NCBI GenBank assembly: GCA_963714705.1
Contig: CAVQPJ010000013.1
Span: 962,512 to 1,026,511, forward strand
From: an uncultured Gammaproteobacteria bacterium
Lineage (GTDB): Bacteria; Pseudomonadota; Gammaproteobacteria; Steroidobacterales; Rariloculaceae
Reading direction: 5' to 3'
DNA length: 64,000 nt
Shown here: piece by piece, positions 28,899 to 37,768 of the stretch
How positions within the stretch are numbered: the stretch's first letter is position 1
How the letters are laid out: the number at the start of each line of letters is the position of its first letter
Position numbers and translations under genes: made by a program
Notes under the pieces: model-generated
The model's database searches: none
What the model was told of the DNA's origin: nothing
What the model saw: the letters and a program-made list of their open reading frames with translations, nothing else

Positions 28899-30586
28899 TG
28901 CTCTAGAACGTTCTCGGGCCGCGACAGCGCGCCGCGGTACCGAACGATGAGCCCCGTCAGCGGATGACGGATCTCGACGTGGAAGCGAAAGCGCCCGGCT
29001 TCGACGGCTTCATGGGCGTTCATGCGCGGGCAGAGCCACAGCGGCAGCGGAATCCCGAGCACGCTCCAACGCCGGAGCACGAGCGACAAGCGGCCGCCTT
29101 CGACGACGAGCGCCATCGCGAACGTCAACGGACCGAAGCGCTCGCAGAGAAGCTGTGCGTCGCGGCCCTGCCCCGCGAGCTGATCGCTCGAGAACGTGCG
29201 GTCGCCGAATGAGCGCGTCCACGTCTCGACATCGTCGGCGACCGTGAATCGAACCGTGACCGGCGTTTCCTTTGCGGTGACGGGAAAACCCATCACGGCC
29301 GCGACGAGACGCGCGATGAAGCCCGTGCCACGCTCGACGTCCGCAGTGCCGCGCGCCACGAGACTGCTGCGCAGGTCGTGCATGTCGCGAATCTGCGTAG
29401 GCAGGTCGCGCACGGCGGCACCGAGCAGCCGCTCGTACAACGGCCCGGCGACGGCGTCGTCCCGCGCTCCCGTATGGATGCGCCGCCGAGCGAACAGCCG
29501 CTCGTAGTCGGCGAGCTCGACCTCGCGAATGGCGGCGCGCGCTCCTGGCGGCGGTACGCGGCCGTCGAGCAGCGCGCGAACGACGGCCTCGACGGCCATC
29601 GCAGGAATCATCGGACCGTCGTCGCCTTCCGCGGTGAGGTGCCACGACCGCGCGACCGTGCCGCCGGTGGCGTCTCTGCCGCGTACGGCCACGAACATGC
29701 CGCCGCGCTGCTCGCCCCAGCGAACGACGTTCGTCGCGTAGTGCATCAACGGCGCGAGCGGCGACAGCGAGCGAACGAAACCCAAGCGAACGAGGTGAGC
29801 GCACGCGATCAGCGCGCGATGCAGAATCTCGGGAACGGGAGCGGCTCCCATCCAAACACTCTCGACCTCGGGCCAGAGCTCGGCGAGCACGCGCAGGTCC
29901 GGCACGTCGACGAGCGAGAACAGCCTGTTGCAAACCGGCACGCGACCGGGCGGCGCGATCGTGAACCGCATCTGCTCCGCGAACGCGACGCCGTGGCTCG
30001 CGACACCATCCCTACGCAGCGGCACGCGTTGCCCCGCGTAGCTCGCGATCGCGCGAATGACGTTCTCGCCGACGGCACCGAACGGCAAAGGCGCGATGCC
30101 GGCGCGGATCGTGTCGACACGCTGCAGGCCCTTCGCGAGGCGCCTGACCACGGCCGCCGTCAGCACCGGGAAGCTCGACGCTCCCGCGAGACAGAACACG
30201 CCGGCCGCGCGCGCCTGCGCGTCCAAGACGCCGATGCCTGCGACGAAGTCCGAGCCGTCCGCGAGATCGAGATAATGAATGCGCGCGGCGATGCACGCCT
30301 CGACGAGGCCGTAGCGCGTGTCGCCGTAGCCCTGAAACGGTCCGCTCGCGTCGACGACGACGGCCGGCGCGAGCGCCGCAAGCTGGGCCGCGACGTTCGC
30401 GTTGCGATCGAACGCGGCGGGCTCGAGGCGGGCGCGCAGCCGGCGCGCGCGAACGAAGTCCTCGGCGCGCGGCAGCGAGCGGCCCGCGACGATCAGCGTC
30501 AAGCGAGGCTCGTCCTCGAGCAACGCGACGATTCGGCCACCGAAGACCCCGTAACCGCCGACGACGAGAACGCGTAGCTCGCTCAT
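28823..30586 (-). CDS. Saccharopine-dehydrogenase-like NAD(P)-binding domain fused to DUF4166
   Basis: Rossmann N-terminus LRVLVVGGYGVFGGRIV. The C-terminal ~200 aa (ETWTRSFGDRTFSS...RFRFHVEIRHPLTGLIVRYRG) resembles DUF4166. The 3' end overlaps the convergent gene by 76 nt. Confidence 0.65.
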   Translation of the reverse strand: MSELRVLVVGGYGVFGGRIVALLEDEPRLTLIVAGRSLPRAEDFVRARRLRARLEPAAFDRNANVAAQLAALAPAVVVDASGPFQGYGDTRYGLVEACIAARIHYLDLADGSDFVAGIGVLDAQARAAGVFCLAGASSFPVLTAAVVRRLAKGLQRVDTIRAGIAPLPFGAVGENVIRAIASYAGQRVPLRRDGVASHGVAFAEQMRFTIAPPGRVPVCNRLFSLVDVPDLRVLAELWPEVESVWMGAAPVPEILHRALIACAHLVRLGFVRSLSPLAPLMHYATNVVRWGEQRGGMFVAVRGRDATGGTVARSWHLTAEGDDGPMIPAMAVEAVVRALLDGRVPPPGARAAIREVELADYERLFARRRIHTGARDDAVAGPLYERLLGAAVRDLPTQIRDMHDLRSSLVARGTADVERGTGFIARLVAAVMGFPVTAKETPVTVRFTVADDVETWTRSFGDRTFSSDQLAGQGRDAQLLCERFGPLTFAMALVVEGGRLSLVLRRWSVLGIPLPLWLCPRMNAHEAVEAGRFRFHVEIRHPLTGLIVRYRGALSRPENVLEHQRVSVTPGPAPTEIDQLPLPARSW

Positions 30587-30602
30587 CCGGGCGCGTTGCC
30601 CG

Positions 30603-31835
30603 TCAATCGGCCCACGGCAACCCGCCGAAGAACGCGCTGAGCGCCGTGAAACGCTCGCCGAGCCAGTGCCACGCCGTGTGTCCGACGATGACGGCGATCA
30701 CGATGCCGCCGACGCGCGCGTCGACGTAACGGAACAGCAGATTCAGCCCCGGCACGAGCAGCACGAGCACGAGCAGCTGGCCGAGCTCGATGCCGACGTT
30801 GAACGCGAGCAGCGACGTCAGCACGTGGTCGCCCGCGAACTGTAACGTGTTCTGGAGCGCGAACGAGAAGCCGAAGCCGTGCACGAGCCCGAAGCCGAAG
30901 GCGATGGGCCAACGCGAGCGCGGATTCGGCCAGACGACGTTCTCCACGCACATATAGAAGATCGACAGCGCGATCAGCGTCTCGACGAGCGGCGGGAACC
31001 ACAGCCCCGTGGGCGCCGCGCCGTACGCGGATGCGATCAACGTCACGGAATGCCCCGCCGTGAACGCCGTGACGATCCAGACGAGCGCACGCAGCTGCCG
31101 CCGAAACGGCACGATGAGGCACAGCAGGAACAGAAGATGATCCGCGCCGTCGAGAATGTGCTCGAAGCCCTGCACGAGGAACCTGAGCAGCGACTGGTGC
31201 CAGCGCGGATCGAGCGCGACGACGCCGGCGTCGCCTTCGATCTGGAACACGCGCTCGACGCCGCTCGCACCGAAAAAGCGCACGGCGTTCACGACCCGCA
31301 TGCCGAGCCGCTCGGTGCGCAGGCGAATCGAGAACAACGAGGTCGGCGACTCGATCGGCGCTTCGAACTGCACGTCGAGCAGCGCTTGCTGCCACGGCAG
31401 CTCTAGCCCAAGCGGCAGGGGCGCAGCGGCGAGATGCGCGCGCGCGGAATCGTACTCGGCGAACGACCGGTCGCTCGGGATCGAGGCTCGGACGGCGACG
31501 ATATCGAGCCGTGGCACGCGCCGCTCGCCTTCGTAGAGCTCGATATTGTCGGCGAGCCAGAGACGCGCGGCGTCTCGAAGCTGCGCATCCGCACGCGGCA
31601 CATCGAGGTACCCCGGGCCGAACGTCGGGAACGTGATGTCCTGCATTGCCTCGAGGGGCGCGCGCACGAGCAGGTGGACGCGGTCGCCTTCGGGCCGCAC
31701 GAGCATGCGGACCGTGACGTCGCTCGGAACCTCGTGAGCGTGCGCGGCCGGCAGCAACGATGCGGCGAGCAAAACAACGCAGATAACCAGCCGCCGCACC
31801 CGCCAGACCTCGCTTCGCTCTATAGGTGGCGCCAA
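30603..31835 (-). CDS. HupE/UreJ-family membrane protein with ~190-aa N-terminal periplasmic extension
   Basis: Signal peptide ends AAHA, followed by HEVPSD. The C-terminal membrane domain has the GFEHILDGADHLLFLL motif typical of HupE/UreJ_2. Confidence 0.75.
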   Translation of the reverse strand: MAPPIERSEVWRVRRLVICVVLLAASLLPAAHAHEVPSDVTVRMLVRPEGDRVHLLVRAPLEAMQDITFPTFGPGYLDVPRADAQLRDAARLWLADNIELYEGERRVPRLDIVAVRASIPSDRSFAEYDSARAHLAAAPLPLGLELPWQQALLDVQFEAPIESPTSLFSIRLRTERLGMRVVNAVRFFGASGVERVFQIEGDAGVVALDPRWHQSLLRFLVQGFEHILDGADHLLFLLCLIVPFRRQLRALVWIVTAFTAGHSVTLIASAYGAAPTGLWFPPLVETLIALSIFYMCVENVVWPNPRSRWPIAFGFGLVHGFGFSFALQNTLQFAGDHVLTSLLAFNVGIELGQLLVLVLLVPGLNLLFRYVDARVGGIVIAVIVGHTAWHWLGERFTALSAFFGGLPWAD

Positions 31836-31900
31836 TTTCCGCTATTATCCGAGTGAAGAACAAGCCCTGACTCACGGGCACCGCAGACGAATGGGGCGCG

Positions 31901-31940
31901 GGCATGGATGCCCGCGGTAGAACAACGCAGGGAGCAGTTG
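31901..31940. repeat. 40-bp intergenic repeat, copy A (core inverted repeat GGCAT-GG-ATGCC)
   Basis: GGCATGGATGCCCGCGGTAGAACAACGCAGGGAGCAGTTG matches 61190..61229 at 38/40 positions. Lies in the divergent promoter region 11 nt upstream of ATG 31952. Confidence 0.8.
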
Positions 31941-31951
31941 TCGGAGGAACC

Positions 31952-33172
31952 ATGACTCGTCGAGCCGGAACTCTTGTCGTCCTTTCGATCGGCGCATTGC
32001 TCGCCGCCTGCAACAACGCCGCGCCGCCCGGCGTGAACGCCGCGACGACCGCCGCGGCAAGCGCGATTGGCGCCGCTCCCGCGGCCGAATTCGGCGCCGC
32101 GGGCGTCGCGCCGCGGTTCGAGGTCGATCCGTTTTGGCCGAAGCCGCTGCCGAGCCACTGGGTGCTCGGCTCGACGATCGGCGTCTCGGTCGACTCGCGC
32201 GATCACGTCTGGATCATCCACCGCCAGCAATCGCTGAACGCCGAAACCGAAGCGAGCGCGGGCAAGAACGCGCCATCGGGCGCGTGCTGCATGCCGGCTC
32301 CCAACGTCATCGAGCTCGACGCGGCAGGCAACGTGGCGAGCTCGTGGGGAGGCCCGGGCGTAGGTTACGACTGGCCGACCTCGAACCACGGCATCACCGT
32401 CGATCACATGGACAACGTCTGGATCGGCGGCAATGACGTCAAAGACGCGCACGTCTTGAAGTTCTCGCGGAGTGGGCAGTTTCTGCTGCAGCTCGGCAAG
32501 CCCGAGCAGAACCAAGGCAGCAACGACGCCGTGAATTTCTGGCGCGTCGCGAAAATTTCGATCGACGCCGAGGCCAACGAGGCGTACGTCGCCGACGGTT
32601 ATGGCAACAAGCGCGTAGTCGTGATCGATATGAACACGGGCGAGCGCAAGCGCTACTGGGGCGCGTACGGCAACCGGCCCGACGACACGGATCTCGGCTT
32701 GTACGATCCGGCCGCGCCGCCGGCGCAGCAGTTTCGGAATCCCGTGCACTGCGCGGAGCCCTCGCGCGACGGCTTCGTCTACGTCTGCGACCGCGTCAAC
32801 AATCGCATCCAGGTGTTCCGCAAGGACGGCACGTATGTCAGCGAGCTCCGCGTCGCGCCCGAGACGCGCGGCGCCGGCGCCGTGTGGGACATCGCGTTCT
32901 CGCACGACCCGGGGCAGTCCTACATCTACCTCGCCGACGGCTTGAACGAGCGCGTCTACATCATCCACCGCGAGTCGATGCAGATCCTGACGAGCTTCGG
33001 CGACGGCGGCCGGCAACCGGGCCAGTTCTTCGGCGTGCACAGCATCGCCGTCGACTCGCAGGGCAACATCTACACGACGGAGACCTACGAAGGTAAGCGC
33101 GTGCAGAAGTTCGTGTTCCGCGGCCTCGCCTCGATCCCCGGCGAGTCGCAGGGCGCTCTTTGGCCGAACTGA
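31952..33172 (+). CDS. NHL-repeat six-bladed beta-propeller lipoprotein
   Basis: ATG 31952 is preceded by GGAGGA. Lipobox LLAACNN. Repeated NHL-like blades (VDSRDHVWI, ITVDHMDNVWIG, AYVADGYGNKRVVVI, VYVCDRVNNRIQVF, IYLADGLNERVYI, IAVDSQGNIYT). Confidence 0.7.
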   Translation: MTRRAGTLVVLSIGALLAACNNAAPPGVNAATTAAASAIGAAPAAEFGAAGVAPRFEVDPFWPKPLPSHWVLGSTIGVSVDSRDHVWIIHRQQSLNAETEASAGKNAPSGACCMPAPNVIELDAAGNVASSWGGPGVGYDWPTSNHGITVDHMDNVWIGGNDVKDAHVLKFSRSGQFLLQLGKPEQNQGSNDAVNFWRVAKISIDAEANEAYVADGYGNKRVVVIDMNTGERKRYWGAYGNRPDDTDLGLYDPAAPPAQQFRNPVHCAEPSRDGFVYVCDRVNNRIQVFRKDGTYVSELRVAPETRGAGAVWDIAFSHDPGQSYIYLADGLNERVYIIHRESMQILTSFGDGGRQPGQFFGVHSIAVDSQGNIYTTETYEGKRVQKFVFRGLASIPGESQGALWPN

Positions 33173-33238
33173 CGCCGATGAGAACCGCGACGCTGCTGCT
33201 CGCGATCCGCTGAGCGACCGCCGCCCTTCGGCGCTTTC

Positions 33239-33727
33239 TCAGTGCTGGCGCGCGAGGATGTCGGTAAAGAACCGCTTCAACGGCGGTGCCATGTTGCGCG
33301 GGATGTCCTCGCCCCACGCTCCACCGTCGATCTTGGCGCCGGTCGGGCGCGCGCGAGCATCGACGGCGAAGAACACCGGAATGGCCGGATGGTCGAAGCC
33401 GGCGGATTTGAGCTCGCCTCCCCAGGCGTCGGAGTCGACTTGAATGAGGTAGGTGCCCGCGAACGCGTCGCGCATCAGAGGATCACCCAGCGACGCTCGC
33501 AGCGCTTTGCAGGGCCCGCACCACTCGGCCGTGATCTGCACGAACGGCACCCTGCCGAGCTCCGCGGCTGCGGCCACCTCGTGCTGTAGCAACGCTTCGA
33601 GCGCGCCCGCTCCGGGCTCCAGCACGACGACTTTGACGGGCTCGGCGGCCATGGCGCCTAGCGATAGCAGAACGTTCGCCATGAACACCGCTAGAAGGGA
33701 CGGGATCGAGATACGACAAGCACGCAT
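33239..33727 (-). CDS. Secreted thioredoxin-family protein
   Basis: Signal peptide ...LSLGAMAAEP. Active-site motif WCGPC. Confidence 0.8.
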   Translation of the reverse strand: MRACRISIPSLLAVFMANVLLSLGAMAAEPVKVVVLEPGAGALEALLQHEVAAAAELGRVPFVQITAEWCGPCKALRASLGDPLMRDAFAGTYLIQVDSDAWGGELKSAGFDHPAIPVFFAVDARARPTGAKIDGGAWGEDIPRNMAPPLKRFFTDILARQH

Positions 33728-33828
33728 CTGTACGCCTCCGTTGGTCCGTCACGCCGTAGGATCTTCGCACGCCGCGCCGATTTAACGGTAGCCCGCGGCG
33801 GCCCGCTGCTACACTTTGCGGCCGTAGG

Positions 33829-36211
33829 ATGGCCGAACAAACGAAACCCCTCGCGCTGCTGCGTCTCGCCATCTGGGCGTTGTTCGTCGCGGCGTTCGCG
33901 TTCCTCTATTACCGCTACTCGTCGCTCTGGGGCACCGAGCTCACGCTGCTCGCCGCGTCATCGGTCTGGCTCGCGTATGGCCTCTATCTGGTGCTCGGCG
34001 CGCTGCGCGGCTTCGCGTTGATTCCTGTCACGAACCTCGTCGTGCTTGCGGTCCCGCTCTTCGCGCCGGTGCCGCTGCTGGTGTTGACGCTCGTCGGCAT
34101 TACAATCTCCTCCGCCAGCATCTACGCGTTTGCCGGATCGCTGAAGCTCGGCGAGCACCTCGAGCGCAAGCACGCGCGGCACATGCAGCGGCTGCAAACC
34201 GCGCTGCACCGCAACCCGACCTCGATCGTCACGGCCTGGAGCTTCCTGCCGATCGTGCCGACAGATCTCATCTGCTACGTCTGTGGCGTCATGAAGATCT
34301 CGTTCCCGCGCTTCATGTTCGGCGTGCTCGTCGGCGAAGGCGCGATCTGCGCGGTCTACATTTTTGCCGGCACGACCTTGCTCGATCTCGGCAAGCGCGT
34401 ATTCGGCGCCGACGTCGCCGAAGCACAAGTCGCCGCGCAACCTGCGGGCGCCGCGGTCTATGCCGAGCACTGCGCGCTCTGCCACGAGCAGGTCAACGAG
34501 CGCATTCCGCATCGCACGGCGCTACAACAGCTGCCGGCCGAGCGCATCGTGCGCGCGCTCGATGCCGGCGCGATGCTCGCGATCGCGATGACGATGAATC
34601 GCGACGAGCGGCTCGCCGTGGCCGAGTATCTCGGCACCGACGCCGCCGAGACGGCGCCGTCTTCGGCCGCTTATTGCACCGAGCGCGCGGTGACGCTGGG
34701 CACGTCGCCGCGCACGAGCTGGAACGGTTGGAGCCCGACGCCCGACAACGCGCGCTACCAAAGCGCCGAGCGCGCAGGCCTGCGCGCCGAGCAAGTACCG
34801 AACCTGCGGCTCGAATGGGCGTACGGTTTCGCCGGCGACGTCTCGGCGTTCGCGGCGCCGACGATCGTCGACGGCCACATCTTCGTCGGCAGCGCCGGCG
34901 GGCTCGTGCAAGCGCTCGCGGCGGACAGCGGCTGCCTGAAGTGGACGTTCCAAGCGACGGGCCCCGTACGCGCGGCGCCGCTTGCCGCGGCGCGCGACGG
35001 ACGCCAGGTGCTGTTGTTCGGCGACCTCACGGGCTGGTTCTACGCCCTCGACGCAGCGACGGGCGATCTCGTCTGGAAGACGCAAATCGAGACGCACGAC
35101 TCGACGCGGCTCACGGCGCGCCGCGGCCGTGCACGACGGCGTCGCGTACGTGCCCGTGTCGTCGTGGGAAGAGTCGCGCGCCGGCGATCCCGACTACGCG
35201 TGCTGCACGTTCCGCGGCAGCATCGTCGCGCTGCGCGTGCGCGACGGCGCCCAGCTCTGGAAGACCTACCTGACCGACGCGCCGCGCGAGCTCGGCAAGA
35301 ACGGCCGCGGCGCACCGCTCTACGGACCTTCGGGCGCCGCCGTCTGGTCGACGCCGACCGTCGACGCGGCGCGCGGCCTGCTTTACGTCACGACGGGCGA
35401 CAACTACACGGAGCCCGCGACGCCGACGAGCGATGCCGTCGTGGCGCTCGCGCTCGCCGACGGCCGTATCGCGTGGATCGAAACAGATCACGGCCGAAGC
35501 GACGCCTACAACGGCTCGTGCACGCGCGATCACCGCTCGAACTGCCCGTTCGATGTCGGGCCGGATTACGACTTCGGCTCGTCCGCGATTCTGCTGCACG
35601 GCAGGCGCAGCGGCTGCTCGCCGGACAGAAGTCCGGCATCGTCTACGCGCTCGACGCGACGAAGCAAGGCGAAATCCTCTGGCAGACACGCGTCGGCGAA
35701 GGCGGCACGAACGGCGGCGTGCAGTGGGGCATGGCCACCGACGGCGAATACGTCTACGCGACGACATCCGACGTCGGCCGCACGCGCTGGGCCGGCGATC
35801 CGTTCGACACGCGCCGCTACGTTCTCGATCCGAAGCGCGGCGGCGGCCTGACGGCGCTGCGCGTCGCGGACGGCAGCCGCGCTTGGCACGCGTCCGCGGC
35901 GCCCTGCCCCGACGGCGCACCGGCCGGCTGCAGCCCCGCGCAGCCGGGCGCCGTCACGCTGATTCCCGGCGTCGTGTTCGCAACGTCGAACGACGGCCAC
36001 GTGCGCGCGCACGCGACGGCCGACGGCCGGGTGCTGTGGGACTTCGACACGGTGCGCGAGTTCGACACCGTCAACGGCGTGCCGGCGCGCGGCGGCTCGC
36101 TCGACGGCCAGGGCGTCGTCGTCGCCGACGGCCTCGTGCTCATCGCGCTCCGGCTATCCGCGCAACGGCGGCATGCCGGGCAACGTGCTGCTCGCGTTTC
36201 GCGCCGACTGA
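33829..36211 (+). pseudogene. VTT/DedA-like membrane domain, cytochrome c, then PQQ-type beta-propeller dehydrogenase (PVA-dehydrogenase-like), with three frameshifts
   Basis: N-terminal ~190 aa are a polytopic membrane domain. Then haem motif CALCH and propeller blades (VDGHIFVGSAGGLVQALAADSGCLKW, WFYALDAATGDLVWK). The frame changes near 35119, 35605 and 36148. The corrected C-terminus SGYPRNGGMPGNVLLAFRAD stops at 36209..36211. Confidence 0.7.
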
Positions 36212-36291
36212 ACCTCCCTTTCCAACGCTGGCTCGTTGGGCCAAACTCCTTGGCGCCGCGACGTTCGACTCGCGGAGCTGGAGACTCCCGT

Positions 36292-36687
36292 ATGAGAAGC
36301 GCAACGCTGATTTGCCTGGTCAGCTTGTCGACCACGCCCGCCGCACTCGCGCACCATTCCTTCTCCGCCGAGTTCGACGCGAACAAGCCGGTCCAAATGA
36401 CGGGCACCGTCACGAGCGTCGAGTGGCGAAATCCGCACGTGTGGTTCTACGTCGACGTCAAGGACGAGGGCGGCGCCGTATCGAACTGGGGCTTCGAGCT
36501 TGCGAGCCCGAATCTGCTGTTGCGCAACGGCTGGACGCCCTCGGCGATGAAGGTGGGCGACGTCGTGTCGGTCGCGGCGTATCGAGCGAAGAACGGTATG
36601 AACCTCGCGAATGCGCACGGCGTGACGCTGGCCGCGACGGGCAAGACGCTGTTCACGGGCTCGAGCAGCGCGAGTAGAGCGCAGTGA
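36292..36687 (+). CDS. Small secreted S-type protein (DUF6152-like), paralog 4
   Basis: ATG 36292 with its own signal peptide ...TTPAALA, followed by HHSFSAEFD, MTGTVTSVEWRNPHVWF. Listed only as the tail of the 952-aa composite ORF. Confidence 0.85.
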   Translation: MRSATLICLVSLSTTPAALAHHSFSAEFDANKPVQMTGTVTSVEWRNPHVWFYVDVKDEGGAVSNWGFELASPNLLLRNGWTPSAMKVGDVVSVAAYRAKNGMNLANAHGVTLAATGKTLFTGSSSASRAQ

Positions 36688-37499
36688 GCGCCGCGCTGAG
36701 GCTGTTCGCCATCGCCGCGGCGGCGCTGGCCGTGCACTCGGCCGAGGGCCAGTGGGCGCGTGTGCCGAACCCGTCGCTGCCGCGTGGCGCCGACGGCGCC
36801 GTCGACCTCGATGGCGCGGCACCCCGTGCGAGGCGAAGGCCGGACCTCTCCGGCGTCTGGCTCGCCGACGCCGAGCCGCTGCCGAAGGAGGCGGGCTTGT
36901 CGATTGAAGGCGACATGCCGTTTGCGCGTCACTTCGTCAACGTGACGGCGGATATTCCTCCCGACCCGCCGCTGCTTCAGCCGTGGGCCGCCGAGCTGTT
37001 TCAGAAGCGCCTCGAGAGCGGCGGCGTCGACGATCCCGTTGCGCACTGCAAGCCGAGCGGTCTGCCGATCATGAACGCGGTGCCGTTGCCGCTGAAGATC
37101 ATCCAGACGCCGAGCGTCGTGATCGTCTTCTACGAAGAGAACGCCGTGTTTCGCCAGATCTTCCTCGACGGCCGAAAGCCCGTCGAAGGTGCCGTGCCGC
37201 GCTACATGGGCTACTCGACGGGCCGCTGGGACGGCGACGCGCTCGTCGTCGACACGGTCGGCTTTAGCGACCACCACTGGCTCGATGCGATGGGGCATCC
37301 GCTCACCACTCAACTGCGTCTGACCGAGCGGTTCCGCAGGCCGACCGCCGGTCATCTCGAGATCGACGTGACCGTCGACGATCCCGGCGCATACACGCGG
37401 CCGTTCAGCTACACCATCAAATCCACGTTGCTACCCGACGAGGATCTGCTCGAGTACTTCTGCACCGACAACGAGAAGGACGCGCAGCACTACCAGTAG
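36684..37499 (+). CDS. Secreted L-type partner protein, paralog 4
   Basis: The GTG start overlaps the S4 stop by 4 nt. Signal peptide ...AALAVHSAEGQ. Motifs PDLSGVW, AHCKPSGLP, FRQIFLDGR, GRWDGDALVVDTVGF, ERFRR, EYFCTDNE. Confidence 0.85.
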   Translation: MSAALRLFAIAAAALAVHSAEGQWARVPNPSLPRGADGAVDLDGAAPRARRRPDLSGVWLADAEPLPKEAGLSIEGDMPFARHFVNVTADIPPDPPLLQPWAAELFQKRLESGGVDDPVAHCKPSGLPIMNAVPLPLKIIQTPSVVIVFYEENAVFRQIFLDGRKPVEGAVPRYMGYSTGRWDGDALVVDTVGFSDHHWLDAMGHPLTTQLRLTERFRRPTAGHLEIDVTVDDPGAYTRPFSYTIKSTLLPDEDLLEYFCTDNEKDAQHYQ

Positions 37500-37511
37500 C
37501 GCCCCTCGCCG

Positions 37512-37744
37512 TCACTCTTGAGCAATCGGCTTCCAATGCTCCGATTCTTTGGCCTTTCTCCTGGCGTCTGCCGAGGCGAACAACCCGATATGGCCGCATC
37601 CTAAGCACACGGTTGGGCGAATTTTCGCCCCCGAGAAAAGGTTCGGGGCCAGCTTTGGCAGAACCTCCTCACCACACCCCGAGTAGCGGTAGTACTTCCT
37701 GCATTCATAGAGCTCTTTCGAGCCGCATACTGGGCAACCTTTCA
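37512..37744 (-). CDS. Small zinc-ribbon protein (CxxC...CxxC)
   Basis: GTG at 37744 is preceded by AAGGAG at a 7-nt spacing. 77 aa with CPVC and CLGC pairs. The Arg/Trp-rich upstream part of ORF 37512..37898 is an out-of-frame shadow of the neighbouring Gly-rich tail. Confidence 0.6.
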
Positions 37745-37768
37745 CAGGGTTTCTCCTTGATTCGTGGT

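Noticed and set aside
31901-31940. Sigma-54 promoter inside the 40-bp repeat (GGCAT...)
   Set aside because: GGCAT matches the -24 element 4/5. The sequence at the -12 position is CCCG rather than TTGC, so the consensus spacing and motif are not satisfied.
33219-33240. Small hairpin CGCCG-CCCTT-CGGCG followed by CTTTCTC as terminator of the NHL gene
   Set aside because: The stem is only 5 bp and the U-tract is weak. This is too marginal to call.
33829-36687. Single 952-aa ORF suggesting one giant membrane, cytochrome, PQQ and DUF6152 protein
   Set aside because: The middle of this frame is Arg-rich nonsense, and the real propeller sequence continues in another frame (34982..35851). The dehydrogenase ends at 36211 in a shifted frame. 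The DUF6152-like tail has its own ATG (36292) and signal peptide.
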